Positions 49,100 through 62,379 are shown, numbered from the whole stretch's first letter. The stretch: DNA of 63,675 nt, filler included, from Octopus bimaculoides (GCF_001194135.2; 4 parts of 4 records of this genome joined end to end with filler, not necessarily neighbours in it), one strand, 5' to 3'. Program-made: numbers and translations. Notes: generated by a model not told the origin, from the letters alone.

Positions 49100-50420
49100 G
49101 ACCTTATTAACACAGGCAGTGTGAATGCATAAACCCTGGGACCATCCTGACCGCAAAACCTTCTGTTCAATGACCTCTAGTCACTAGAAAAAGACGTGGT
49201 TGCCATCTGCCAGTTCATAATTTTCGAAGTGGCTACGTCTTGTACGCATCTTGAAGTCAGTCGAAATCGGGAGCCCCACACGCAGTGTTGTTTCCAAAAG
49301 GATTGGATATCGCAACACAGACTACCTTTCTTGAAGGCAAGTCGGTAATACTGGATGTGGCCAACAGTGCAGACCCTACATTCAGGTTAGTAGCATATGC
49401 ATCCCAATAGGCACATAAAGAGACAAGATTTCTTCAGATGTCTAGAAGGTTTTCAAGGAACGCCCAGACCTTTAGAGCGAGGGGAAGACTGGAACGGAAT
49501 CTTGGATGCACGTTAGATGGGGGCGCAAAAGCATTGTAAAACTGTCCAGACAGTTCCAACAGTCTGACTGGTACTAGCTGAACTTTCCGAAAATGCTCTT
49601 GGAACAGGAATAGACCACACTCGTTCATCCAAATCATATCAAGAGCGTATCTGTAGGTCAGTAGATAGGGAAACCGTATGCTTTTCCCAATTCAAAAAGT
49701 AGTTGGTTACACAGACTACAAATTTGTAACCTATATGATCGTCTTAGATAGTAGAGAGGCTTCATAGGTAGGGATTTTGTTAGTTAAGCGAGCATTGTCA
49801 CGAATTAGATCAGCAACACACGGTGGTTCACCTTAAGGATGGCGATTAGAGACAAATCGAAACAACTTAGTCAGACGGTGGCGATAGAGAAAATTAGATT
49901 ACAGGAGACTTAGTTAAAACCTTAGAAGAGGCACTTCGGAATGGCATCGCGATCGACATGCTTTCAGTGACATCTTCCCTCGACCAATTCTTTTATGCAA
50001 AGTACAAGACCGCGTTGTGCCTGTTGGGGTGCAGACGCTACTAGCCTGAATGTAGGGTCTTCATTGTTGGCCATATCCAGCATTACCGACTTGCCTTCAA
50101 AAAAGGTAGTCTGTGTTGCGATATCCGATACTTTTGGAAACAACACTGCGAGTACGGCTCCCGATCTCGACTGACTTCAAGATGCGTACACGTCGTAGCC
50201 ACTTCGAAAATTATGAACTAGCAGATGGCAACCACGTCTATTTAGACCGAGCTAAGACATAATGGAACGAAAACCGAACGAAAACAGAAGCAAGTGGTTG
50301 AAGCACAACTTGACAGCAAAGCCATAATTCGGTGCTACTCATCTCAAGCTGGCCCGTGCAGTTTTGCGTCGCCAGTTTGCCCGACTATTCGAGATGAGCA
50401 GCAGATTAAATCGCAGGTTG
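49100..50420 (+). pseudogene. Second L1/Tx1-like ORF2 remnant (APE endonuclease and downstream region), rearranged
   Basis: GSVNA..LFNDL..DVVAIC; EGKSVILDVAN..FRLVA; gaagactggaacggaatcttggat (GDWNxILD-like); contains an inverted copy of its own family's sequence at 50016-50239. Confidence 0.7.
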
Positions 50421-50555
50421 AACTTTAATGTTTACCTTGACGGCTTGCCATGATTCGCAGCAAAGGAGGCAAAGTTTGGTAACAGAAAGTATTCGTGTTT
50501 TGAATCTATCTGCATGTATATAGCGTCCACGGCATGATTTTATGCATTGAATATT

Positions 50556-50725
50556 AGTGGAGGCACGTGGCTTAAAGATTACAGTATTTGGCTTCCGGTT
50601 GTCAATTCGATTCCTGGCAACGCATTGTGTCTTTGAGCAAGACACTTTATTTCACATTTCTCCAGTCCAGTCAGCTGGCAAAAATGAGTTGTACCTGTAT
50701 TTCAAAGGGTCAGGCTTGTTACATT
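50556..50725 (+). mobile_element. Family C-like SINE 5' part
   Basis: gtggaggcacgtggcttaa...ttcgattcctggc...ttgagcaagacactttatttcac. Confidence 0.7.
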
Positions 50726-50736
50726 CTGTGTAACTC

Positions 50737-51385
50737 TATGTGGGGTGTTCATTAAAAATCTCCCTACTTCCTAAGGACTAGGATAAATGAAACTTGGCAT
50801 AATTATTAGTCCTTCTCTACATAGTCACCACCAATGGTGACACCACTTCTCCCATCGCTTTATGCAGCTGCGAAGACCTCGTCTGTAGAAGTCGATAGGT
50901 TGAGTCTACCTCGGAAATAAGTTCATCGTCATCCGAAAAGTGCTTCCCCTTCAAAAAAGACTTTATGGTTGGAAAGAGGTGGAAGTCACATCGTGTGAGG
51001 CCGGGAGAGTAAGGGGGAGAGGAAAGATTTCATAGCCACAGGAGTGTGCTTTCATCTGGACGACATGCGCATTGTGAACTGGGGCTTTGTCTTGGAAGAG
51101 GCGGACTCCTTTGGTCAGCATGCCACACCACTCTACTTTGATAGTGTCCCGCAGTTACTGCAGCAGAGAAACATAATACGATCCGTTAATTGTGGTACCC
51201 TCTGCCAGAAAATCCATCATCACTACTCTGCGCTGGTCCCAAAAGATTGTGAGTATCACCTTGGATGCTGAGGGTTGGACACGAGTCTCCTTTGAAGGTG
51301 GTGAGGTATCATGCTTCCATTGCCTAGACTGAACTTTAGTGATGGACCCATGTTTCATCTCGTATAATAAATCTGCCCCAATAGT
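50737..51385 (-). pseudogene. Mariner (DD34D) transposase C-terminal half plus terminal inverted repeat
   Basis: Minus strand RDETWVHH, KVILTIFWDQRRVVMMDFL, QDKAPVH, CDFHLFP, IKRWEK...GGDYVEKD*; TIR tatgtggggtgttcattaaa at 50737. Confidence 0.85.
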
Positions 51386-51448
51386 CGTTGACTCTGTATA
51401 TTATCGGAGCTGTGTTCTTTTTGTTTGTTTGTTCTAGATGTCTAACCA

Positions 51449-51662
51449 ATTGCTGAAATATCTAGAAGCATTACTGAAAGACTAAATACAAGTTTGAGAC
51501 AATATGACGACAAAAACAGTCCTCCATATTCTACCAACATGGAAGCACACTGGGTCGATTCGACATCCGCATTTTATCCCGAAGGACCCAACACTCAGAC
51601 AAATACAGGAGTACGTCCTCATAAATGAAACAGCCCCTGTACTAAACAGGAGATATACGTAG
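51449..51662 (+). pseudogene. Penelope-like GIY-YIG endonuclease C-terminal remnant
   Basis: IAEISRSITERL (IGETxRxxxxR), SSIF...FDIRILS, RQIQEYVLINETAPVLNR (RxIxExIxI...PxLNR); frameshifted. Confidence 0.7.
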
Positions 51663-53329
51663 AAGGTAGTGATACCCCCAATACACACATTTTATATTTA
51701 GATAGTATAGATTTGTTAGTAGGGTGTTATGTAGACGTGTATACATATACATACATACATACATATACACACACACATACATGATACATACATACATTCA
51801 TATATGTATATACATGTACACTGACGCACACACATGCACACAAACACGAAGAATGCAGCTCTGATAACGGACAGAGTCAAGGACTATTGAAGAGGTTGCA
51901 AGAAACAAAAGAAAAAAAGAATAAATGAGTGGAAATCGAACCGGTGAGTGTGTTAATTAATAAGGTATTAAAACAGAATGACTCCCCCCCAGACACAATC
52001 ATATATATATATATATATATATANNNNNNNNNNNNNNNNNNNNNNNNNNNNNNNNNNNNNNNNNNNNNNNNNNNNNNNNNNNNNNNNNNNNNNNNNNNNN
52101 NNNNNNNNNNNNNNNNNNNNNNNNNNNNNNNNNNNNNNNNNNNNNNNNNNNNNNNNNNNNNNNNNNNNNNNNNNNNNNNNNNNNNNNNNNNNNNNNNNNN
52201 NNNNNNNNNNNNNNNNNNNNNNNNNNNNNNNNNNNNNNNNNNNNNNNNNNNNNNNNNNNNNNNNNNNNNNNNNNNNNNNNNNNNNNNNNNNNNNNNNNNN
52301 NNNNNNNNNNNNNNNNNNNNNNNNNNNNNNNNNNNNNNNNNNNNNNNNNNNNNNNNNNNNNNNNNNNNNNNNNNNNNNNNNNNNNNNNNNNNNNNNNNNN
52401 NNNNNNNNNNNNNNNNNNNNNNNNNNNNNNNNNNNNNNNNNNNNNNNNNNNNNNNNNNNNNNNNNNNNNNNNNNNNNNNNNNNNNNNNNNNNNNNNNNNN
52501 NNNNNNNNNNNNNNNNNNNNNNNNNNNNNNNNNNNNNNNNNNNNNNNNNNNNNNNNNNNNNNNNNNNNNNNNNNNNNNNNNNNNNNNNNNNNNNNNNNNN
52601 NNNNNNNNNNNNNNNNNNNNNNNNNNNNNNNNNNNNNNNNNNNNNNNNNNNNNNNNNNNNNNNNNNNNNNNNNNNNNNNNNNNNNNNNNNNNNNNNNNNN
52701 NNNNNNNNNNNNNNNNNNNNNNNNNNNNNNNNNNNNNNNNNNNNNNNNNNNNNNNNNNNNNNNNNNNNNNNNNNNNNNNNNNNNNNNNNNNNNNNNNNNN
52801 NNNNNNNNNNNNNNNNNNNNNNNNNNNNNNNNNNNNNNNNNNNNNNNNNNNNNNNNNNNNNNNNNNNNNNNNNNNNNNNNNNNNNNNNNNNNNNNNNNNN
52901 NNNNNNNNNNNNNNNNNNNNNNNNNNNNNNNNNNNNNNNNNNNNNNNNNNNNNNNNNNNNNNNNNNNNNNNNNNNNNNNNNNNNNNNNNNNNNNNNNNNN
53001 NNNNNNNNNNNNNNNNNNNNNNNATATATATGCACACATAGACATGCATGTATGTGTGTATGCAGAAATCAATTTTGTATTTTGTACATACATCCACACA
53101 CATATGGACAAAAACTAACTGATCGTAACAAACGAGAGGAAGTATTCACCCACCACTTAAATTTAACGGTCAGTGCTATGAAACTTCCATTAACTTTCAA
53201 CAGATGTCACTTTTCTGTTGCCCTGGCAATTTCATTAATGAATCATATATATCCTGAATTTCATTTCATAATTATCCTTTTATTGCGATAAACATACATG
53301 ACGTCATAGTTGCAGGCATTTAAAGCTTT

Positions 53330-53870
53330 GTCAATGAGGTAAACAAATTCTGAAGACAAATATTTGAATAGTGAAAGGACGTTGAACCATCCTATAAATA
53401 GACAGAATAAATCTATTTGTAGCGTCACGAACCAAAACACTCTATTGTACCTGTCTGATATTTAGAGATCTAGGCGGCGAGCTGGCGGAAACGCTAGCAT
53501 GCTGGGCGAAATGCTTAGTGGTATTTCCTCTGTCTTTACGTTCTGAGTTCAAATTCTGCTGAGGTCAACTTTGTCTTTCATCCTTTCGGCGTCGATAAAT
53601 TAAGTACCAGTTGCGTAATGGAGTCGATCTAATCGACTGGCTCCCTCCCCCCAAATTTCGGGCCTTGTGCCTAGAGTAGAAAAAGGATATTTAGAGGTCC
53701 TCAACTGTTCAACTGCCTTCCTAGAGAAATCAAAAATATGAAAGGAACCTCTACTGAAACATTAAAAGAAAAACATTGAATAAACTTATATCGGCGACAC
53801 AACACCAGCCAACCATTCAAGAATACACTCAACTGCTACAGCCTCAACCATAGACCAACTTCCAGTCATG
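53330..53870 (+). pseudogene. CR1-like LINE 3' remnant interrupted by a SINE
   Basis: FRGPQLFNCLPREIKNMKG resembles the CR1 GPxLFNxLPxxIRN motif. Confidence 0.55.
53468..53685 (+). mobile_element. Family A SINE, full length, with 11-bp TSD
   Basis: gatatttagag at 53457-53467 and 53686-53696. Confidence 0.92.
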
Positions 53871-53874
53871 CATT

Positions 53875-54306
53875 CTTTTCGACTCTAGGCACAAGGCCCG
53901 AAAATCTTGGGGAGGGATCAGTCGATTAGATCGACCCCATTGCGAAACTGGTACTTAATTTATCGACCCTGAAAGGATGAAAGGCAAAGTCAACCTCGGC
54001 GGAATTTGAACTCAGAACGTAAAGACAGACGAAATACTGTTAAGCATTTTGCTCGGCGTGCTAACGTTTCTTATTTCTTTGTTGCCCACAAGGGGCTAAA
54101 CATAGAGGGGACAAACAAGGACAGACAAAGGGATTAAGTCGATTACATCGACCCCAGCGCGTAACTGGTACTTAATTTATCGACCCCCAAAACGATGAAA
54201 GGCAAAGTCGTCTTCAGCGGAATTTGAACTCAGAACGTCACGGCAGACGAAATACCGCTAAGCATTTCGCCCGGCATGCTAACGATTCTGCCAGCTCGCC
54301 GCCTTT
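53875..54306 (-). mobile_element. Family A/B dimeric SINE, full length
   Basis: Junction at ~54060; flanks ttccagtcat (53860) and ttctagtcat (54308). Confidence 0.9.
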
Positions 54307-55382
54307 CTTCTAGTCATAAATTGATAGAAAAACTGACAGGAAATAAATTCAAGTGCTGCACCAATTCGACGAATGAAACAGTTCAAAAAAATAATAAAAG
54401 AACAAATACAAATTGAATTAAAAAGTGACTTTAAATCTAAGCATTTCATTTTGTGTATAATATAACGTTTTATATTTGTTTGGAAACAAAACACACCGAA
54501 CATTATTTACACAACGTCTCTATAGTTTAATTCTTATGCGCCGCTACCAACAAGTGAGCTACTATCCAATCTGTACAGATAAATAAAATCCGCCTCAACA
54601 TTTACATAAGTTATTATAAACAGTTCGTCTCTCCCAACTCTTTCTCTAATTCACTCTCTATACTGTCCACCTTTCTCTCTGTCTGTCTTTCTGTTCTTTA
54701 TCTGTACGCTATTTACTCTATGCCCTCTCTATCTGTGCTCTCTCTCTCTCTCTCTTTTCTGTATCTCTGATGAATGACTAAAATAGACACAGCCGATGAA
54801 TTGCCAAAAGTCAGACAAAACAAATCGTATATTACTTTGTTTCATTCTGCAGGCAGAACCCCACGGTTCAAACACAGAGGCGATTTGAACAGCGAGATTT
54901 AATGAATGTTTACTAAATGCGTGCGTTTAAAATTGCTTACAATTCATCCACAAATAGGTTACCTCAGTATTTCCATAACACACACCACACGCACACAAAC
55001 ACACACACACACACACACACCCAGTGGCTGACTGGGTCTCAACATATTGGTTGCCAGGAAACTAAGGGAGCCCACCTGCAACTACATTCATTTTTTTTTT
55101 TTTTTTTGTTAAAAGTATTCTTTTCAACTGTCTACAAACACAGCCAGGCTGAAATAATTAATGCATTCTGCCAAGAGTGAATAAAAAATTCTCAAACTTG
55201 AGGGGATGGGCCCCTTAGATACTAACACGGGCCCCCATATATGGATTCTAATGGCGCAGGGGCCCACTTGCAATGGGGCAAGCTGGCAACCTGGCCAGTC
55301 CGCCACTGCATACACCACATATAGAGACAAACACACATACAAACGCACACACACACACAGACTCACGCACGAACACACACAA

Positions 55383-55419
<37 letters not shown>

Positions 55420-55779
55420 CACACACACACACTCAAAGAGACTCTCTCACACACACACATCGACGTTAGCCAATCAAACTCCATCCTAGGTAATTTTTCG
55501 CAATTTATAATTTTAATATTATTTTGGGTTTCGTTTTCCATAACTTCCTTTTCATGTTTTTGTAACAATCATCTGTTGAATACTTAGATAATAATGATTA
55601 TACTTACATAAACATTTAACTATTTACATACCAACAAAAACTAAGCAGCATTGCTGTATAGTTAAAAGGATGAAAACACTAACAGTAATATGGTCTTTCT
55701 TTTACTTTAATTCGTTAGACTGCGGCCAAGCTGGGGTACCGCCTTGAAGGAACTTAGTTGAACGAGTTGAACCCAGTAC

Positions 55780-55812
<33 letters not shown>

Positions 55813-56138
55813 GTTGTTGTTGGCATTCCGTCGCTTACGACGTCAAGGGTTCCAGTTGATCCGATCAACGGAACAGCTTGCTCGTGAAATTAACGTGCAA
55901 GTGGCTGAGAANNNNNNNNNNATCAACGGAACAGCTTGCTCGTGAAATTAACGTGCAAGTGGCTGAGAAATCCACAGACACGTGTACCCTTAACGTAGTT
56001 CTCGGGGAGATTCAGCGAGACACATAGCGTGACAAGGCGGGCTCTTTGAAATACAGGCACAACAGAAACAGGAAGAAAGAGTGTGAGAAAATTGTGGTAA
56101 AAGAGTACAGCAGGGTTCACCACCATCCCCTGCCGGAG

Positions 56139-56139
<1 letters not shown>
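55813..56139 (-). mobile_element. Family C SINE (3' part) across a small gap
   Basis: gttgttgttggcattccgtcgcttacgacg...; redundant overlap around 55912-55920. Confidence 0.8.
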
Positions 56140-56189
<50 letters not shown>

Positions 56190-57024
56190 NNNNNNNNNNN
56201 NNNNNNNNNNNNNNNNNNNNNNNNNNNNNNNNNTTAATTAATTAANNNNNNNNNNNNNNNNNNNNNNNNNNNNNNNNNNNNNNNNNNNNTATATATATAT
56301 ATATATATATCTATATCCCCTTGAAATACAATAAACCAAAAACTTAATTCTTTCAGTTAGTTTTGAATGACATTATCATTAAAAACTCAGTATATGTGAG
56401 TCGTTACTCGGAGTTTCTCTTTTCCGCTCCTCATGGGACTGACAATTTTTGAGCAAGGAATTCTTTTAGGCTCAGTTTTGAATAAAATAGTATTGAAATC
56501 CTTCTAACTTTACAGAACGTGCCTTACCTTTTTCTTTTGAGCTTCAGTTGATTGGAACTTATTTCAACTTCGGTTCCCTCTGTATTAAGGACAACGTTGT
56601 GAAACCAGCTGAGTCTTGGTAGGGATTTGATGGGACAGGCATCGGGTTTTTATATTCATTGATATACACATATACATACATACATACATGTACACATACG
56701 TGGATATTTATTTATATATATATACATATGTATGTATGTATGTATGTATGTATATATATATAATATACACATACATTTTGCCACATACACACACACACAT
56801 ACACATACGTACGTATGCGTATTACCTTTTCCCAATAAGTGTGGCTTTTAGTAAGATGAAGGACAATAATAATAACAATAACAACAATGAAACAAAAAGA
56901 AAAACAGTAATAACAAAGACAAAACTCAAATGGATTCATTGGAGAATATAAAAAAAAGACAGAAAGAAATAATAAAGGAACGTATTCAGCAAAGGGTACG
57001 GTGGGGTTGAGAGTAAGTGGAGGA

Positions 57025-57048
57025 GGGTTGCGGGGGCGGGGGCGGGGG
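57025..57048 (+). promoter_or_regulatory. G-quadruplex-capable / tandem GC-box motif
   Basis: GGGTTGCGGGGGCGGGGGCGGGGG: four G-tracts and two GGGGCGGGG sites. Confidence 0.35.
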
Positions 57049-57426
57049 AGGAGTATGAGGAGTAGGACGATGAGAGATTGGGATTTGGGGATTTTTTGTT
57101 GGAGAGAGAGAAAATGAGAATGAGAAAGAAGGAGATGGAGAAGACGAGAGAGAAGGGGGAACAGATTTGTGTGTGTGTGTGTGTTGGGGGAACAAGGAGG
57201 GGCTAGAATGATAAAGGAAGGGAGAGAGAGAGAGAGAGAGAGAGANNNNNNNNNNNNNNNNNNNNNNNNNNNNNNNNNNNNNNNNNNNNNNNNNNNNNNN
57301 NNNNNNNNNNNNNNNNNNNNNNNNNNNNNNNNNNNNNNNNNNNNNNNNNNNNNNNNNNNNNNNNNNNNNNNNNNNNNNNNNNNNNNNNNNNNNNNNNNNN
57401 NNNNNNNNNNNNNNNNNNNNNNNNTC

Positions 57427-57470
57427 TATGTATAAATATATATACCTGACCCCACCCCACTACACACATG

Positions 57471-57517
<47 letters not shown>

Positions 57518-57636
57518 ATGTCTGTCTATTTATCTATCACAATTATCTATATATCAAATTTATACATATGTATATATGTGTGTATGTGTACATACATATA
57601 CACATACATATCAATCTATCTATATGCATGTATGTA

Positions 57637-57693
<57 letters not shown>

Positions 57694-57814
57694 CTTGTTT
57701 ACCATTTTGTCCTTGTTCTTTTGCCACGTCATGTACCCAGTTATGTATCTATATGTACACGTAGATGAACGTATATACATACATGTACATATATATGCAT
57801 ATACTCATATATTG

Positions 57815-57851
<37 letters not shown>

Positions 57852-57988
57852 GTACATTATATATTATATATACATACACATACATTATATATATGTATAT
57901 ATACACATATATATAAATATATATATATATGTAAATATTTATGTATATATATATTTATATATACACATATACATACATTATATATGCG

Positions 57989-58024
<36 letters not shown>

Positions 58025-58030
58025 TATTTA
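57427..58030. repeat. (TCTA)/(TA)/(TACA) microsatellite field
   Basis: Directly visible. Confidence 0.95.
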
Positions 58031-58161
58031 TGGTGAGGGGGAGGGATAAATTTTAAGAATGTGTGAATAATGGATGGGCTGTTGTATGATGTTGATGGAG
58101 TTGGTGGAGGTCTAAGTGGGGTGGTGATTGTAGTAGTAGTAGTAGCAGTAGTAGTAGCAGC

Positions 58162-58202
<41 letters not shown>

Positions 58203-58424
58203 ATGGGCGAGAGGTAGGGTTGGTGTGTGGGGATATTTGATATAGGGATGGTAATGAAGGTTGGTGTTGGTGTTGGTACTAGCGGTGGTGGTGGTGGTGG
58301 TGGTGGTTGCAGTACTCGGGGTGGTGTTGAAGATTTGCAGGTGGGTGATATGTATGTGATAGTAGCAAGTGTGATGATGGTGGGGTGTTGTAGGCGGGAG
58401 TAGGTGATGAGCAGTGATGGTTGG

Positions 58425-58625
58425 TGTTAGTCTGCTCGATCGAAGGGATCAATGTTCAAAAGTATTCCAGTCGTGACCATCCCGTTGTTTTAAATAGTTT
58501 CTTTTTACTTATATGCAATTACTACATTATCCAAAGCGTCCCTTTTTTTTTTTTTACAGATAGTAAGGTGGTATTTAAATGAGATTTAGCTGCTATTTCT
58601 TTCAGTCTGAGCGACCATGTAAAGG
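58425..58625 (+). repeat. Dispersed repeat family D copy
   Basis: ttccagtcgtgaccatcccg...gagatttagctgctatttct..gagcgaccatgta. Confidence 0.55.
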
Positions 58626-58769
58626 TTGTTGTGATGGTGGGGATAGATAAGGACGGGGTGTATTGAAGGGGGAGTGAGGGTAAGAAAATTAAAATGGTTA
58701 AGCTAGAGTACATACATATTTACACACACCCACACACACCCAAACACCCCCTACTCAAACATCCACCCC

Positions 58770-58804
<35 letters not shown>

Positions 58805-58920
58805 AGAAAGAAGCGGTTTGGCCTGATCAAGACGTCGTACTTTTAGATCAATCGTTCTATGTGACGACGACGACGACGACGACGATTGCGACAATCGTGG
58901 TGGTGGTGATGACGATGATA

Positions 58921-58952
<32 letters not shown>

Positions 58953-59144
58953 CGATTGGTAAATAATCCCGACTAAGTTAGCAGCGATAGCAATGATGAC
59001 GACGACGACGATGATAATGATAGAAGCCGTAAGGAGCCAAGTGGTAGTAGTAGTAGTAGTAGTAGTAGTGGTTGTGGTTGTGGTGGTAGTAGTAGTAAAC
59101 ATTATAGTTGGAGGGAGGTCCTGCCGACTCCCACCCATTTTGTT

Positions 59145-59205
59145 GGGGCGTGGATTGGAGCGGAGTCTTCTTGCTGATTTGTTGCTGACGTAAGTCAGTG
59201 ATTGG
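59145..59205. promoter_or_regulatory. Promoter-like motif cluster (GC box, two CCAAT boxes, CRE-like site)
   Basis: GGGGCGTGG at 59145, ATTGG at 59154 and 59201, TGACGTAA at 59186, all in non-repeat sequence. Confidence 0.4.
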
Positions 59206-59968
59206 GTATCTTGGCTCCCTTTTTTTCTTCTTTCATAAGCCCACAAAAAAAAATAACAAAACAAACAGTACTAATAAAAACAAACAAAAAAAGTAAATAA
59301 AAAGGTACATTGGTGATAAAGACGTGTATGGGGCCGAGGGTTGCTTCTGATTAGTTTTGTAGACTTTTGCGGTCAAATAGTTGTTGCTTATTTGTTCCCA
59401 ATTAGATTTTTTATCAACTAGAGTTATAATCAAAAATGCTCCAGTCGTGCCCATCTCGTTTTTTTTCTTTCAGGAATAGCGTCACATCCGAAGCGATATG
59501 ATCAAATGTTTATTTCTTAATAAAGACCGTTAATGTTTGAAAAAAAAAAAGACTATTTCATTTATTTATTTCCACCATAAATCAAAGAAAGTACGATTCC
59601 TTGAGATAATATTCCACACAGCTGTTTTTAATTCGCTGTTGGTATTGGGCCTGCTTGTTCACGCGGGCCAAGTGCGGGTTGTAAGCGGTGGTCTTCAATT
59701 TCGGGTGATCAACTCTGGACAGCGATGCCTTGACCAAATTTGATCAGAACTCACTAAAGAGACGTTCCAATGTCGTTCACAAACCACACCACCGCTTTAC
59801 ATTGATATTTTATTATCGACCGCGGAGGGACGAAAGGTGAAGGTGACCTTGATTGGATCTGAACTTCACAGAGCGCACAGACTCGGAAGAAATATCCACA
59901 AGACATTCAATCAAACACTAACAATTCCATTAATTCGACATTTGCCAGTGAGATAATATAACCTGGCA

Positions 59969-60270
59969 CCCTGTTGCATACGACGGCGAGGGTTCCAACG
60001 GAACAGCCTGCTCGTGAAATAAGCATGCGGGTGACTGAGGACTCCACAAACGCGCATACCCTTAATGTAGTTCTCGGGTGGATTCAGTGTGACACAGAAT
60101 GTGCCAAGGCTGGCTCTTTGAAATAAAAGTACAACTTTTGTCAGCTGAGTAAACTGGAACAATGTGAAATAAAGTGCCTTGCTCAAGGATACAGCGCGCC
60201 GCCCTGAATCGAACCCAGAACCTTACGACCGTGAGCCCAATATGTTAACCACTAAACTACGCGCCTTCAC
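59969..60270 (-). mobile_element. Family C SINE
   Basis: cgacggcgagggttcc...gaatcgaacccagaacc..ttaaccactaaactacgcgcc. Confidence 0.8.
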
Positions 60271-60519
60271 TGTGAGATTATATAATTATACATGACTATA
60301 TGTAAATTAAAATTATACTGAATGATTTGAAGGGTGTTTGGTTGATGTTTCTATCAGGCAGATAGCAGCAGCATAAAGGCTCCTCTCAATGGCTTGTGGT
60401 CAACAGGATTAACTGGACACTGGTAGAAATGACACAAATCGACATCAAATAACATTCAAGCCAAGCCATCAAACACCGCCGTTCATTCAACTTGGTAATA
60501 ATCCTTTTTATTCTAGACG

Positions 60520-60680
60520 CAAAGCCTGAATTTTTGAGCAATGGGACTGGTCATTTACAGCAACCCCAGTGTTCAATAGGGACCTATTTTATCGACCTCA
60601 AAAAGATGGATGACAGGCAAAGCCAACATCGGCAAAATTTGAACCCAGAATGTAAAAACTGATGAAATGCCGCTAAGTAT
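60520..60680 (-). mobile_element. Degenerate family A SINE
   Basis: tttatcgacctcaaaaagatg..aggcaaagcc..aatttgaacccagaa. Confidence 0.65.
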
Positions 60681-61271
60681 CCTGGTCGATGAAATAAAGT
60701 ACGAATCAAGTAGTGAAGTCGATTTAATAGACAACCTTCTCCATATTTGTGAATCTGTGCACATAGAAGCAAATATATAAATATATATTGGAACTGTTTT
60801 AAGATTGAGATGGTTGCTTCTGTTGCTCTTCTCCACAAAGGAATCCGTTTGTATCAGTCTGGCTCTTTTAAACCACCTTGGCTGGTGTTTGCAGTTAACT
60901 GGCCATGGTTCAGCTTCAAGACATCGTTAACCGAGGAGTCGACTACTGAAGTCTTCTTGCTCAGATGGTATAATTATATGTACATACATGTGTGTGTGTG
61001 TGTGTGCGTGTGTGCTTGAAGGCGCTTGGCCAAATGGTTAGGATGTACGACTCAAGATCGGTAGATCGTGATATCGATTCTTGGACTGGGTGGTGCGTTG
61101 CGTTTTTGAGCAAAACAATTAATTTTCATGTTGCTTTGCAAGCGTTTCGACATCTGAGGTGCTGCAGCTCACAAAGACGATTTAATGGAGGGAGTGAGTT
61201 AATGTGGAACGCAAACTTTTGATCACTATAAACAAATCATCTGTATATGAAGATACCATAGGAGAGCCAAC

Positions 61272-61310
61272 CACACACACACACACACACGCACACACAC
61301 ACACACACAC

Positions 61311-61406
<96 letters not shown>
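61272..61406. repeat. (CA)n microsatellite
   Basis: Directly visible. Confidence 0.95.
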
Positions 61407-61409
<3 letters not shown>

Positions 61410-61635
61410 AATGTTTTTGTATACAAAAAGCGTTACTTTTGAAGTAATAAAATTTGCATAATTTAAAAGAAAATATGAGTTAAGGGACGTAACTCAAATG
61501 AGTTAATGACATGAATTTTGATAAGTCGTGGTATGGGATATACGCACATAGTTATTTATACATACATAAGACATAAATATTTCTACGTGTGTGTTAATAT
61601 ATATATATTTATATATTCTTTTATTCTTTTATATG

Positions 61636-61679
<44 letters not shown>

Positions 61680-62379
61680 TATGTATGTATACATTTGATT
61701 TTCTTTTTTGATTTTTGTGTTTGTTTGTGTCTTGCTCCCACCACCATCTCTAATTCTCTCACCTTCCCTGACAACGATAATATGTTTTGTGAGACTGATC
61801 GCCCACATGAGGAAAGCCCCAGTGTGAAAAACATAAGCATTCATCCATTTGGTGACAGCGTACGTCACCAGTAAGAGATCACACTTTCTACTGGAATGAG
61901 AAGAGAAGGGAGTGGAGGAAGAGAGGAGGAGACGGAGGAGGAGGTGGAGGAAGGTAGAGGGAGAAAGAGGAGAGGAAAGAGAGGCAGATATAGAAGGAGA
62001 GGTTGAAAATGATAGTAAGAAAGGAAGAGAGAGGGTGGGCTTGGGAGATGGTGAAAGGAAGAGAAGAAACGAGAGAAAGAGAACAGAAGAAAAAAAAAAA
62101 AAGAAAAACAAGTGTGACCAGTGAGGGCAGACTGAAAGAACGAAATAGAATGAAATAATGGGAACTAAATTGACTCTTTTTAAAAATATATGTAAATATA
62201 AGAACAGAGAAACTCTCGAAGTGTAGGTCGTTTGTCTTGAACAAATGAAACACACACANNNNNNNNNNNNNNNNNNNNNNNNNNNNNNNNNNNNNNNNNN
62301 NNTTAATTAATTAANNNNNNNNNNNNNNNNNNNNNNNNNNNNNNNNNNNNNNNNNNNNGAGAGAGTGAGAAAGAGAGAA

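Noticed and set aside
54762-54800. ctgatga-atgactaaatagacacagccg
   Set aside because: No GAAA and no clean stem II.
61740-61875. Short open frame ending at a GTAAGA donor-like site
   Set aside because: No convincing acceptor or homology.
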